A stretch of 64,000 nt of DNA from Nanobdellota archaeon (GCA_014239585.1 JAAZYP010000001.1:177955-241954); one strand, 5' to 3'; numbered from the stretch's first letter, positions 28,910-38,096 are shown. Program-made: numbers and translations. Notes: generated by a model not told the origin, from the sequence alone.

Positions 28910-30400
28910 ATGAAATATTATTTGACGACCGCAATTGATTATCCGAATGGATCTCCGCATTTGGGCCATGCCTATGAAAAACTTCTAGCTGATTTTCTTT
29001 CACGCTATAAAAAACAGCAGGGAAATAGTGTTCGATATCAAACTGGAACAGATGAACACGGTATTAAGATTTACCAAACTGCAAAAAAATCAGGTTTGAC
29101 TCCAAAACAATTTGTTAATAAAAATTCTAAAGAGTTTAAGGACTTTTACAAATTATTGAATATTGAATATGATTATTTTATTCGGACATCTGATAAGAAA
29201 ACGCATTGGATCGGTGTAACGAAGATTTGGAAAGAACTAATTAAATCTGGTGATTTATTTAAAAAGAAATATTGCGCAAAATATTGTGTTGGTTGTGAGA
29301 CATTCAAAACTGAAAGTGAATTAGAAAATAATGAATGTCCATTACATTTTGGTAAAAAACTTGAAATAATTGAGGAAGAGAATTATTTCTTTAAACTTTC
29401 AAAATACAGAAAAAGACTAATCAAATTAATTGATTCTGACAAATATCATATTCAACCTAAACATGCAAAAAATGAAATATTATCTTTTTTGAAAGGTGAG
29501 GTAAAAGATATTAGTTTTTCGCGAATAAAAAGTAAACTTCCTTGGGGAATTCCCGTTCCGGGAGACAAAGATCAGGTGATATATGTTTGGGCAGATGCAC
29601 TTTCCAATTATTTAACGGGAATTGGTTATGGTACAAATACGCGAAACTTCAAAAAATATTGGCCTGCGGATGTTCATTTAATAGGTAAAGATATTTCTCG
29701 ATTTCATGCAGTTTATTGGCCTGCGATGTTATTGTCTGCTAAACTTTCAATTCCAAAAAAACTTTTGGTGCATGGATTCATAAATGATGATAAAGGTAGA
29801 AAAATGTCTAAATCACTGGGTAATGTAATTATTCCTCAAAAACAAGTAAAAAAATATGGTGCTTCTTCACTAAGATATTATTTGCTTCGAGCCATTCCTT
29901 CCAATCAGGACGGAAATTATTCTGAAGAAGATTTAATTGTTAGACACAATACTGAATTAGCTAATTCTTTAGGCAATCTATTATCTAGATCGTTAAATCT
30001 TATTCAAAAATCGTGTGGGGAAATACCCTTTGGAAAATTTGATTCTAAACTTTCGAAAGAATACTCTAAAGTTTTAATTTCATTAAATAAACATGTAGAA
30101 AATTTTGATTTTCATCACGGAATTGCAGATATTTGGGCGTTTATTTCAAAAGTTAATCAATATGTTGATGACACAAAACCTTGGAAACTTTCCGGAAAAG
30201 AAAAAGATAACGTCCTTTACACGCTTGCAGAAAGTCTTAGATTAATTTCCGGATTAATTTATCCAGTAATTCCTTCAAAAGCTGAAGAAATTGCGAAACA
30301 ACTTGGACTAAAATCAGTTCCAAAATTTAAATCAAAATCAATCAAATCCGGAACTAAAATCAAAAGGGGAGCGCATTTATTTAATAAATATGAAAAGTAA
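28910..30400 (+). CDS. metG: methionyl-tRNA synthetase (catalytic and anticodon domains)
   Basis: YYLTTAIDYPN..HLGH, YCVGCE, YVWADAL, KMSKS. Confidence 0.97.
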   Translation: MKYYLTTAIDYPNGSPHLGHAYEKLLADFLSRYKKQQGNSVRYQTGTDEHGIKIYQTAKKSGLTPKQFVNKNSKEFKDFYKLLNIEYDYFIRTSDKKTHWIGVTKIWKELIKSGDLFKKKYCAKYCVGCETFKTESELENNECPLHFGKKLEIIEEENYFFKLSKYRKRLIKLIDSDKYHIQPKHAKNEILSFLKGEVKDISFSRIKSKLPWGIPVPGDKDQVIYVWADALSNYLTGIGYGTNTRNFKKYWPADVHLIGKDISRFHAVYWPAMLLSAKLSIPKKLLVHGFINDDKGRKMSKSLGNVIIPQKQVKKYGASSLRYYLLRAIPSNQDGNYSEEDLIVRHNTELANSLGNLLSRSLNLIQKSCGEIPFGKFDSKLSKEYSKVLISLNKHVENFDFHHGIADIWAFISKVNQYVDDTKPWKLSGKEKDNVLYTLAESLRLISGLIYPVIPSKAEEIAKQLGLKSVPKFKSKSIKSGTKIKRGAHLFNKYEK

Positions 30401-30719
30401 GATTAAATTTGATGATTTTGTAAAACTTGACCTTAGAGTTGGAAAAATAACTGAAGTTGAAGAAATATCAGGTGCAGATAAACTCTACAAACTCCAAGTA
30501 AATTTTGGAAAATTTAAACGTCAAATCCTTTCAGGAATTAAAGAATTTTATTCTAAATCCGATCTTAAAGGAAAGCAAGCAGTTTTCATTGTAAACCTTC
30601 CTCCGCGAAAAATGCGCGGAGAGATTTCTGAAGGAATGATACTTTGTGCTGATGACGGTAAAGATATTATTTTCATCGCTCCTGAAAAGGGAATTAAAAA
30701 CGGCTCAGAAGTTTGTTAA
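30390..30719 (+). CDS. tRNA-binding OB-fold protein (MetRS C-domain/Trbp111-like)
   Basis: FDDFVKLDLRVG, ADKLY, NLPPRKMRGEISEGMIL. Confidence 0.93.
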   Translation: MKSKIKFDDFVKLDLRVGKITEVEEISGADKLYKLQVNFGKFKRQILSGIKEFYSKSDLKGKQAVFIVNLPPRKMRGEISEGMILCADDGKDIIFIAPEKGIKNGSEVC

Positions 30720-30881
30720 TTATTCTAATGGTTTGACATCAGTAACAACAACAACATTCTTTTCAGGCCAGTCTTTTTTGATCAATTTGACACACTCTTT
30801 GCAAACACCCATATGATAACCTTTGGTAGTTATCTTCATTTGCTTGTTACAAAGCATACAATCGAAATTGGTTTTGACCAT
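30720..30881 (-). CDS. small zinc-finger protein (53 aa)
   Basis: Not in ORF track. MVKTNFDCMLCNKQ...GVCKECVKLIKKDWP; two CxxC, TATA upstream. Confidence 0.65.
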   Translation of the reverse strand: MVKTNFDCMLCNKQMKITTKGYHMGVCKECVKLIKKDWPEKNVVVVTDVKPLE

Positions 30882-30916
30882 ATAGAAATTTATTTTTGAA
30901 CTTTATAATATTTTAG

Positions 30917-31198
30917 TCATTCAGAGTTATATCTTCGATATCCACCTTGTAGACTTTTTGCTTTGTATCCTTTAGATTGTAAAAAAAGTGTTGAATACAA
31001 ACTTCTACTTCCGCCACCACAATAAACTATAATCTCTTTGTCTTTTGGAATTTCGTCATATCGTCGTTCTAATTCCGAAGTTGGAATATGAATATCCTTT
31101 TCAACATGTCCTCGATCGCGTTCATTATTTCGTCGAACATCCAAATAGATACCTTTGCTTTTTCTGGCATCTTCTTGAGAAATTTCAAGTAATTCCAT
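30917..31198 (-). CDS. rhodanese domain protein
   Basis: LDVR..E..GH, IVYCGGGSRS, SLQGG. Confidence 0.92.
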   Translation of the reverse strand: MELLEISQEDARKSKGIYLDVRRNNERDRGHVEKDIHIPTSELERRYDEIPKDKEIIVYCGGGSRSLYSTLFLQSKGYKAKSLQGGYRRYNSE

Positions 31199-31206
31199 AT
31201 TATGAA

Positions 31207-31279
31207 TGCGGGTGCCGAGATTTGAACTCGGGTCGCTACGTTGGCAACGTAGAGTGATACCAGGCTACACTACACCCGC
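31207..31279 (-). tRNA. tRNA-Gly(GCC)
   Basis: GCGGGTG...CACCCGC-A; arm CTACG-TTGCCAA-CGTAG. Confidence 0.95.
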
Positions 31280-31293
31280 TCTATTATTTTTTC

Positions 31294-31314
31294 ATCGTTT
31301 TTAATAAAAACGAT
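31294..31314. repeat. short palindrome 3' of tRNA-Pro
   Basis: ATCGTTTTT-AAT-AAAAACGAT. Confidence 0.75.
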
Positions 31315-31315
31315 A

Positions 31316-31388
31316 TGGGGCCGCGCAGATTTGAACTGCGGTCGGCCGGTCCCAAACCAGCAAGGATACCAAGCTACCCCACGGCCCC
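31316..31388 (-). tRNA. tRNA-Pro(TGG)
   Basis: GGGGCCG...CGGCCCC-A; loop TTTGGGA. Confidence 0.95.
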
Positions 31389-31450
31389 AATATGTTTTCT
31401 CCTGAATTTCTCATTAAAAAGGTTTCGACAGAAGATGTAATCACTAACAA

Positions 31451-31732
31451 ATGGTTAAACAATCTTATAAACCATCAAAACATAGAAACGGTATGGTTAG
31501 ACACAACATGAAATTTCATGAACATCTTGGATTATTATTCATTTTTATTGGAGTTAGTTGGATTGGTCTAGGGTTTTATATCTCCACTTTGAATGCGATC
31601 GCATTTAGTGGCGGTGGCGCAATTAGTGGAAACGCATTATTATACATTCCGCTCTTTTACGGACTAGGATCAGTAATTACATATCTTGGAATCATTGAAT
31701 TACGAGAAGTTCTACCTGGGAAAAACAGATAA
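31451..31732 (+). CDS. small membrane protein
   Basis: 93 aa, two TM helices. Confidence 0.7.
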   Translation: MVKQSYKPSKHRNGMVRHNMKFHEHLGLLFIFIGVSWIGLGFYISTLNAIAFSGGGAISGNALLYIPLFYGLGSVITYLGIIELREVLPGKNR

Positions 31733-31836
31733 TGGCGAAAATGTCGAGAGAAGAAGTCGAATATGGAATTAAAGAATTTATTCAAGGTTTATTGATTGGA
31801 GCTATAATTGGATTTTTGTTAGGATTCAATTTATAA
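31732..31836 (+). CDS. 34 aa single-TM microprotein
   Basis: Not in ORF track. TAATG coupling; MAKMSREEVEYGIKEFIQGLLIGAIIGFLLGFNL with GxxxG repeats. Confidence 0.6.
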   Translation: MAKMSREEVEYGIKEFIQGLLIGAIIGFLLGFNL

Positions 31837-31897
31837 TTTTAATTAAATATATCTTTAGATAACTTTTTAAATAAATTAATCAGAAATATCTATATGC

Positions 31898-31972
31898 GGG
31901 CCTGTAGCTCAGTCTGGCTAGAGCGACTGGCTCTTAACCAGTAGGTCGCGGGTTCAAATCCTGTCAGGCCCG
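31898..31972 (+). tRNA. tRNA-Lys(CTT)
   Basis: Arm ACTGG-CTCTTAA-CCAGT. Confidence 0.95.
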
Positions 31973-32006
31973 TAAATATTTTTATTGTATTGACTAAAAC
32001 TTCAAT

Positions 32007-32612
32007 ATGTTCAAACTATTTTCAAGAAAAGATAAATTTTGTTTGTCATTAATTAAAAAATTCTTAACTAAAAAAGAATATAGACAAGTTTCTTGGTTAT
32101 TTAGACGAGCTAAACTTTCTATTGAATTAAAGTCATTCGGGCGGTCTTTTTTGATAACTGATTCAGATATTATGCCTAAAATCGTATCAACTGATAAAGA
32201 AATCTTGAAGTTAAATCGAATTGTAAGAAAAAACTTTCAAAAATACGTTATTAACGAGTTCACTAAGCGAGCAATGAAAGTTTTACCTGAATATATCGGC
32301 CCAACGATTCCTGCACCAAAAAATGTCAAATTAAAAATTGCTGAAGCGCTTCTGACGGGTAAATCTCTCTTAATTGTTGATGAAACTGGATATGCGCATC
32401 GTCTAAAATCTTCGGCAGAAAAACTTGGAGAGATAAATATATCAATCTCAAAAGAATTAAAAAATGGTTTTGATTTGGTCGTTATGACTCAAAAAGAAGA
32501 CCTTGGAAAATATCGCGAACTTGCTCATAAAAACAGTATTCATGTTCAAATTAAAGATGCTGATATTAAATTCTTGAGAAGTTTTTTGCGTAATTATCGT
32601 TCTTCTTCGTGA
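32007..32612 (+). CDS. hypothetical protein
   Basis: 201 aa basic ORF. Confidence 0.65.
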   Translation: MFKLFSRKDKFCLSLIKKFLTKKEYRQVSWLFRRAKLSIELKSFGRSFLITDSDIMPKIVSTDKEILKLNRIVRKNFQKYVINEFTKRAMKVLPEYIGPTIPAPKNVKLKIAEALLTGKSLLIVDETGYAHRLKSSAEKLGEINISISKELKNGFDLVVMTQKEDLGKYRELAHKNSIHVQIKDADIKFLRSFLRNYRSSS

Positions 32613-32815
32613 GAAATTCGTTGTAAATATTCTTCGCCATAATAATCCCATTGTTCATTTGTCCAACCTTCAGGTCTTAATAACTCAGATAACGCTAATT
32701 TTTGTTCCAAGTTTTCTGCAACTTTTTCAATTCCAGGCATCCATGAATATCTTTGTAAAGTATCTCGAACTGCTTGTTCTTTCCAGGACTCAGGTAATCC
32801 TGTCAAAAGTGACAT
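32594..32815 (-). CDS. hypothetical protein
   Basis: 73 aa ORF. Confidence 0.5.
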   Translation of the reverse strand: MSLLTGLPESWKEQAVRDTLQRYSWMPGIEKVAENLEQKLALSELLRPEGWTNEQWDYYGEEYLQRISHEEER

Positions 32816-32896
32816 GATTTTTATAGGTACTTAAGACTTTTATTTGTAACGAATAATCCGAAACTCTTAAAAAGGAAAATTAGAATTGAAAATCAC

Positions 32897-32971
32897 GCAT
32901 CCATAGCTCAGTTCGGTCAGAGCACCTGGTTTGTAACCAGGGGGTCGTGGGTTCAAATCCCCCTGGGTGCA
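32897..32971 (+). tRNA. tRNA-Thr(TGT)
   Basis: Arm CCTGG-TTTGTAA-CCAGG. Confidence 0.94.
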
Positions 32972-33007
32972 TAATAATCTTTTTATTTTCAAATCATATC
33001 TTAATTT

Positions 33008-33661
33008 ATGAATAAATATAATTTTATACATTTTAAGGTAGGTAAAGAACGTGATCCTAAATTTGTAAAATTTTACAAAGATTATTATGTAGATTATATT
33101 GAAAAACATGGTAAACTGCGAGGTGCACATGTTCTGGATATCGGTTCAGGAGATGGAAGACTTGCATTTTTTTTACATAAATATGTTGAAAAGTGGTACG
33201 GTTTGGAAAGTTCAAAAATGATGTTGAAGCGTGCAAGAAAAAATCGCACCGAATTAAATATTGAAAATAAAATAAGATTTCATGAGTCAGACATGCATAA
33301 AACACCTTTTTCCAAAGACAAATTTGATATAATTATTTATTCAAATTCATTACATTTTTCAGAAAATCCTAAGCGTGCATTTCAGGAGGCATATCGAATT
33401 TTGAAAGACGGTGGATTATTATTTGTGTTCGAACATCCTTCCTATTTAAGATGGGGCAGTAATACTTTGAATAAAACATTAGAGGATGGTTCAGAAAATC
33501 CAGATTTTAATGAAAAATTTTGTAATGTTAAATTGGGTAAATTAGCTAGTCTCGAAAAATATCTAAACAATCAAAAATTATTTACTAAACTAAATCGTGA
33601 AGGATATCATAATCGTTGGGTATTCAGAAAAGCAGTATTTAGTTTAAATGAAGATTTTTAA
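33008..33661 (+). CDS. class I SAM-dependent methyltransferase
   Basis: VLDIGSGDG, PF...FDII, EAYRILKDGG. Confidence 0.92.
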   Translation: MNKYNFIHFKVGKERDPKFVKFYKDYYVDYIEKHGKLRGAHVLDIGSGDGRLAFFLHKYVEKWYGLESSKMMLKRARKNRTELNIENKIRFHESDMHKTPFSKDKFDIIIYSNSLHFSENPKRAFQEAYRILKDGGLLFVFEHPSYLRWGSNTLNKTLEDGSENPDFNEKFCNVKLGKLASLEKYLNNQKLFTKLNREGYHNRWVFRKAVFSLNEDF

Positions 33662-33685
33662 TTATTTCAACTCATTCACTAATTT

Positions 33686-33883
33686 TTATCGAGGAACTTC
33701 TTCTCTGCTTCCATCTTTATTATATTTGTAATTCTTGCCTTCTTCTTCGTCTTTTGTAGCACGGTGAGAACCATCGCAATAGGGCATATTTTTAGAAAGA
33801 CCACATCTACAAATCCATTTGTCTCCGTCTTTTGTTTCAATTTTGAGTGGTGAATTATCAGACATAATTACAATTCGTGCCAT
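33686..33883 (-). CDS. CDGSH iron-sulfur domain protein
   Basis: WICRCGLSKNMPYCDGSH. Confidence 0.95.
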   Translation of the reverse strand: MARIVIMSDNSPLKIETKDGDKWICRCGLSKNMPYCDGSHRATKDEEEGKNYKYNKDGSREEVPR

Positions 33884-33925
33884 AACAACTTTAGAACTCA
33901 ACTATTTATCAAGGTTTTGAATGAG
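33881..33925 (-). repeat. duplicated promoter/leader, copy 1
   Basis: 37/45 identical to 34121-34165; both include the ATG. Confidence 0.75.
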
Positions 33926-33937
33926 TATATTTTCTTA

Positions 33938-34123
33938 TTAATAATATTTCTTTTTAAACTCATTAATTAAATTTATCAATTTAATTGCGTTACTTTTTGC
34001 AAGTTCATAGGATTCAAGATCTCGCGTATTTTGAGCAATCTTTTTACCTGTCATTCGAATAATACTCCGCTCACTAACTTTGTCTACCGTGGAGCGTATA
34101 TCCCTTATACCTTTTTTACTCAT
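33938..34123 (-). CDS. hypothetical protein
   Basis: Start at ATG 34123, equivalent position in the duplicated leader. Confidence 0.55.
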   Translation of the reverse strand: MSKKGIRDIRSTVDKVSERSIIRMTGKKIAQNTRDLESYELAKSNAIKLINLINEFKKKYY

Positions 34124-34165
34124 ATCAAAATTAGAACTCAAATACTTATCAATCTTTTGAATTAG
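34121..34165 (-). repeat. duplicated promoter/leader, copy 2
   Basis: catatcaaaattagaactcaaatacttatcaatcttttgaattag. Confidence 0.75.
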
Positions 34166-34239
34166 AAATGTTCAATTGTCTTGATCAATATAAATTAGTT
34201 ATAAAAACCATTAAATACTGTAAATATATATTGATTTTT

Positions 34240-34593
34240 ATGCTTCCAAAGAGTTTGAGAACTTGGTTTGTGTTTCATTTTATTGTGGATATATTTGCGG
34301 CATTTTTACTAATTTTTTATCCTCAAACAATTTTGGATTTTTTTGGATTTCAAAGCGATTTTATTTCGCTAAGATTAATTGGAGCAGCATTAATTGGAAT
34401 TGGTGGAACATCTTGGTTAATGCATAAACAAGGAAGGAAAATTTATTCATCTATGTTAAATCTTAAAATTTTGTGGTCAGTATCAGCAATATTGGTATTA
34501 TTATTTTCGGAACCAATTTTATGGTCAATTATTTTTATTTTTATTATATTTTTGGGAGTTTGGATTTATTACAAAAAGTCTTATAATCTGTAA
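34240..34593 (+). CDS. membrane protein
   Basis: Four TM helices; start at ATG 34240 (MLPKSLR). Confidence 0.7.
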   Translation: MLPKSLRTWFVFHFIVDIFAAFLLIFYPQTILDFFGFQSDFISLRLIGAALIGIGGTSWLMHKQGRKIYSSMLNLKILWSVSAILVLLFSEPILWSIIFIFIIFLGVWIYYKKSYNL

Positions 34594-34608
34594 TATTATC
34601 AGATTTAT

Positions 34609-34812
34609 ATGAAACGAGTAATTGGTTTAGGTGCAATAGGTGGATTTATTTTTGGAATTCTGGCACTTATTTTTGGAATTACTCTTTTTGGAGTCATATT
34701 GTTATTTGGATCAATTTTGATTATTGTTGGTTTGATTCTTTACTATATTCGTGCAGTTCCAATAACTATTTTTGATGACCTTAAACGATTATTTAAACGT
34801 TCTAAAAAATAA
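34609..34812 (+). CDS. small membrane protein
   Basis: 67 aa, Gly-rich TM helices. Confidence 0.6.
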   Translation: MKRVIGLGAIGGFIFGILALIFGITLFGVILLFGSILIIVGLILYYIRAVPITIFDDLKRLFKRSKK

Positions 34813-34842
34813 TTAAAAAAGAAAAGACACTTAGTTTTTGAC

Positions 34843-34863
34843 CTCACTTTTTTCAAAAGTGAG
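34843..34863. repeat. short palindrome 3' of tRNA(CAT)
   Basis: CTCACTTTT-TTC-AAAAGTGAG. Confidence 0.75.
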
Positions 34864-34937
34864 TGGCGAAGATGGGATTTGAACCCACGACTTTCCGCTC
34901 ATGAAACGGACGCTCTACCGGCCTGAGCTACTTCGCC
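34864..34937 (-). tRNA. tRNA with CAT anticodon (elongator Met, or Ile2)
   Basis: GGCGAAG...CTTCGCC-A; arm TCCGT-TTCATGA-GCGGA; lacks initiator features. Confidence 0.9.
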
Positions 34938-35019
34938 GTTTTAGCTTTTTATACGGGATTTATAAATATAACGTTTAAATTTTAATTAATTATTTATATG
35001 AACAACGAAATTAAATTTT

Positions 35020-35250
35020 ATGAGTCGAATGCAAGAAGCTGAAGTCCGTGCAAGACAAGTTTTGAAAGAATTTGAAGATGAATATAATTTTAAAAAACCA
35101 AAAACTGCACTGAAATTGGGAATTATCAAAAATAATATGTTAGGAAAATTACAATCTTTAATTTCTGAATATGGTGATGATGCTGAAATAAAAAAAGCAT
35201 TAACTAGATTAAAACAAGAAATAATGAATCGAACTAAATTGTTTGATTAA
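35020..35250 (+). CDS. hypothetical protein
   Basis: 76 aa helical ORF. Confidence 0.6.
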   Translation: MSRMQEAEVRARQVLKEFEDEYNFKKPKTALKLGIIKNNMLGKLQSLISEYGDDAEIKKALTRLKQEIMNRTKLFD

Positions 35251-35543
35251 TCAATATTATATGCGTAAAAATCTATATGTTCACCGAGTAATTCAGTAAT
35301 AATATAATCCGGAGATTCAATTATGTCATACATTGTTTCGACATTAACAGGTTCATTAATTTCAAAGTTTATTTTTTCTTTAGAGTAAAGAATTTTATCT
35401 ACTGTTGTTTCAATATTAGTTGTAATTTCACCATTTAAATTTGGTTTCATTTCAATTTTTGGTTCCGAAATATGATTTAATACGCAAGGAAATTCGTTTT
35501 CCAATATTAATTCTAAACCTTCAGTCGTCGTTACTTTTACCAT
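35247..35543 (-). CDS. hypothetical protein
   Basis: 98 aa acidic ORF. Confidence 0.55.
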   Translation of the reverse strand: MVKVTTTEGLELILENEFPCVLNHISEPKIEMKPNLNGEITTNIETTVDKILYSKEKINFEINEPVNVETMYDIIESPDYIITELLGEHIDFYAYNID

Positions 35544-35595
35544 ATTTTGGCTTTGTTTTCGCCTTTAAAAAATTAACTAAATTCTTTTTTTTGGT

Positions 35596-35616
35596 ATCGC
35601 TTTTGGAAAAAGCGAT
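35596..35616. repeat. short palindrome 3' of tRNA-Ala
   Basis: ATCGCTTTT-GGA-AAAAGCGAT. Confidence 0.75.
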
Positions 35617-35618
35617 TA

Positions 35619-35693
35619 TGGACGGGCCGGGATTTGAACCCGGGGCTTCTCCGCTGCCAGCGAAGCGCTCTGACCGACCTGAGCTAACCGCCC
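35619..35693 (-). tRNA. tRNA-Ala(GGC)
   Basis: GGGCGG...CCGTCC-A with G3:U70; loop CTGGCAG. Confidence 0.94.
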
Positions 35694-35764
35694 ATAATTT
35701 TGCTTAAAATTTGACTTTAATAAGTTTTTGATAAAGAATAAAAACAACCAAAGTGATTTGAAAT

Positions 35765-36631
35765 ATGAAAAAGTTCAGTTTTGGATTGATACTATTTTTA
35801 ATTTTACCTGCAATAATTATATTAAGTTCGCCCAATGATCCGATCTCAGATGAAACAAGTTTTACTTTTATTACTGAACAAGATGAGCCGTTGGACGGAA
35901 CATTATATCTTCAAGATTTATCGCTTCCAATAATTGATGGTAAAGTTTTAGTAAATAATTCGCATATTTATTATTTGGATGTATCAGATAATCAACTTAA
36001 ACTGAGGAGTGATATTTCTGCCGAATTTGAACGCAATAATATTTCTTTAACTTTAAATATTGATTTAAAAAATAATATTTCTGATCAAAATACAATTTCA
36101 GTACTCATTGATTCCAAGGAATTTGAGATTGATACTTTTGATCAATATAGATTTGCATCGTCAACAATAAAATATCGATATGAAGAAAAATGCAGTTGGG
36201 TACAATCAAACCGGTTGGAAGAAGCAATATCAATTTTAGAATCTGAAACAATTTTAAATTTTAGGGAGACTTCGCAGGAACCAGATTTATATATTCACTG
36301 CTATGATTATAGTGTTGAAACTGACGAAGGTATTCGCTTGGGAGAAGGTAGTCCGAGATTCTATGAATCTTTTTCTAAAACATTAATTAATTCATCTATC
36401 AACTTATATGCTCGAAAAGATGCAGTCTATTGTGTAAACTATCCTTCAACCGAAATACATGAAATTTTGCACGCTTTAAACTTCGGTCATTTAAACGATT
36501 CAAAAAGTATTTTACACCCCGGAATCGGTGGTGAAACTTGTTCTGAATTAGATAAATCAATAATCGAATGTATCGAAACAATTTATTCGAATAAAAAGGG
36601 TTGCCGCGGAATGAAATTTATAATTAATTAA
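35765..36631 (+). CDS. secreted/anchored matrixin-like zinc metalloprotease
   Basis: N-terminal signal/TM; HEILHALNFGH followed by SILHP. Confidence 0.85.
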   Translation: MKKFSFGLILFLILPAIIILSSPNDPISDETSFTFITEQDEPLDGTLYLQDLSLPIIDGKVLVNNSHIYYLDVSDNQLKLRSDISAEFERNNISLTLNIDLKNNISDQNTISVLIDSKEFEIDTFDQYRFASSTIKYRYEEKCSWVQSNRLEEAISILESETILNFRETSQEPDLYIHCYDYSVETDEGIRLGEGSPRFYESFSKTLINSSINLYARKDAVYCVNYPSTEIHEILHALNFGHLNDSKSILHPGIGGETCSELDKSIIECIETIYSNKKGCRGMKFIIN

Positions 36632-36827
36632 TTCCGTTATTTCTTGAACAGAACGATCTTAATTGATGTTTTAGACTATCGCAATTTGTTTTTCTTAATT
36701 TAGTTTCCCATTTAGTATAAAATGAAGATCGTGACATTGCGCGCGTAGGAATTAAACGAAGATCTCGATTAAAGTCTATATGCATTTGATCACATTGTTT
36801 TTCCAATCTACGATTTCGTATTACCAT
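36624..36827 (-). CDS. hypothetical protein
   Basis: 67 aa basic ORF. Confidence 0.5.
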   Translation of the reverse strand: MVIRNRRLEKQCDQMHIDFNRDLRLIPTRAMSRSSFYTKWETKLRKTNCDSLKHQLRSFCSRNNGIN

Positions 36828-36887
36828 TTTTTTATTAAACAGTGATATAATAAAAATGCTTATATTGATTGTTCGTATATTTGATTC

Positions 36888-37076
36888 ATGAATGCTAAAA
36901 AATTAATGCGATATAATGCTGCACTTTTTGCACTTGTTTTTATTGGACATGCTGCAAGAGTAACTAACGGTTGGAACATGAATGTTGCAAGTTGGGCAGT
37001 TCCGATGTGGTTAAGCTGGACTGCAGTCGTAATTATTGGATATCTTGGTTGGAATAACTACCAATTAAGTAAATAA
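36888..37076 (+). CDS. small membrane protein
   Basis: 62 aa; H..R...W...VPMWLSW two-TM pattern. Confidence 0.7.
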   Translation: MNAKKLMRYNAALFALVFIGHAARVTNGWNMNVASWAVPMWLSWTAVVIIGYLGWNNYQLSK

Positions 37077-37178
37077 TCAACCTTTTAGAAAAACGTTGAA
37101 GAAAAACCCAATCGGGGTTTTTTGACATCACTTTTATTAAATTAAAGTTTTTGATATAACTTTTTTTGAAAAAGTTAT
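37077..37178. repeat. cluster of three palindromic repeat copies
   Basis: TCAACCTTTTAGAAAAACGTTGA, AAAAACCC-AATCG-GGGTTTTT, degenerate copy, ATAACTTTTT-TTG-AAAAAGTTAT. Confidence 0.65.
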
Positions 37179-37252
37179 GGTCCGACCAGGATTCGAACCT
37201 GGGATCTTCCCGAAGTCAACGGGACGTCATAACCGAACTAGACCATCGGACC
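37178..37252 (-). tRNA. tRNA-Val(GAC)
   Basis: GGTCCGA...TCGGACC-A; arm TCCCG-TTGACTT-CGGGA. Confidence 0.92.
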
Positions 37253-37723
37253 TTATATCAACTCTTTGATTTCAACAACATTTTTGATTTCAAATTTTGC
37301 TTTTTCAAAATCATTTTTTGGTTTGATGTTTGCGTATCTTCCAGTTAAAACTCTTACTGTTTCCAGGCTCAATTTATTACCTTGATAAATTTCGCCTTCT
37401 GGTCGATCTCCCACTACAAAAGTTTTGTCGGGATTATATTTTCTAATAAGTTTTTGAAATGATTGTTTTTTTTCTTCATTTGTATTAACAATTAATACGT
37501 CTTTAATGAAATCAAGATTTAGATTTTTAATCTTAGTTGATTGATAATCTGAATTCCCTTTTGTCACAATTGCTGGAATAAAATTTGAAGATTTAATTAA
37601 TTCAATGATCCCTGGAAACGGCGTTATATCTTGTATCAAATCATAATTATCTGGTACATCTAAACCAACTTGTTTAGTTTTATCATATAATGTATCATCT
37701 AAATCGAATATTACTAATTTCAT
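37253..37723 (-). CDS. HAD-family hydrolase
   Basis: VIFDLDDTL, IVTKG, VVGDR. Confidence 0.9.
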   Translation of the reverse strand: MKLVIFDLDDTLYDKTKQVGLDVPDNYDLIQDITPFPGIIELIKSSNFIPAIVTKGNSDYQSTKIKNLNLDFIKDVLIVNTNEEKKQSFQKLIRKYNPDKTFVVGDRPEGEIYQGNKLSLETVRVLTGRYANIKPKNDFEKAKFEIKNVVEIKELI

Positions 37724-38031
37724 TATTCAAGAATTTGAATTTCTAAGTTAATATCGTGTGGTATTGGTACTCTTAGAACTAAATGTAATGCTCTTTCATC
37801 GGCAGCTAAATCAATTAATCGCTTATGAATTCTCATTTCGTATTTTTCCCAAGATGCTTTTCCTTCACCTTGAGGAGATTTTCTTACTGGAACCATCATT
37901 ATTTTGGTTGGTAATGTGATTGGACCTGCCATCTTTGTCTTTGTCTTTTTTGCAATGTCTTTAATTTGAGCGATAACTTCGTTTAGCTTCTCTAATTCTG
38001 TTCCATATAATTTTATTCTTGCTTTTGGCAT
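37723..38031 (-). CDS. rps10: 30S ribosomal protein S10 (uS10)
   Basis: GPITLPTK, RKSPQGEG, MRIHKRLID. Confidence 0.97.
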   Translation of the reverse strand: MPKARIKLYGTELEKLNEVIAQIKDIAKKTKTKMAGPITLPTKIMMVPVRKSPQGEGKASWEKYEMRIHKRLIDLAADERALHLVLRVPIPHDINLEIQILE

Positions 38032-38096
38032 TGTAATATCACTTAGTATGTGTTTTTAAAAAGGTTTCCAAAGATAAATTTGAAAAAGGAGCATAG

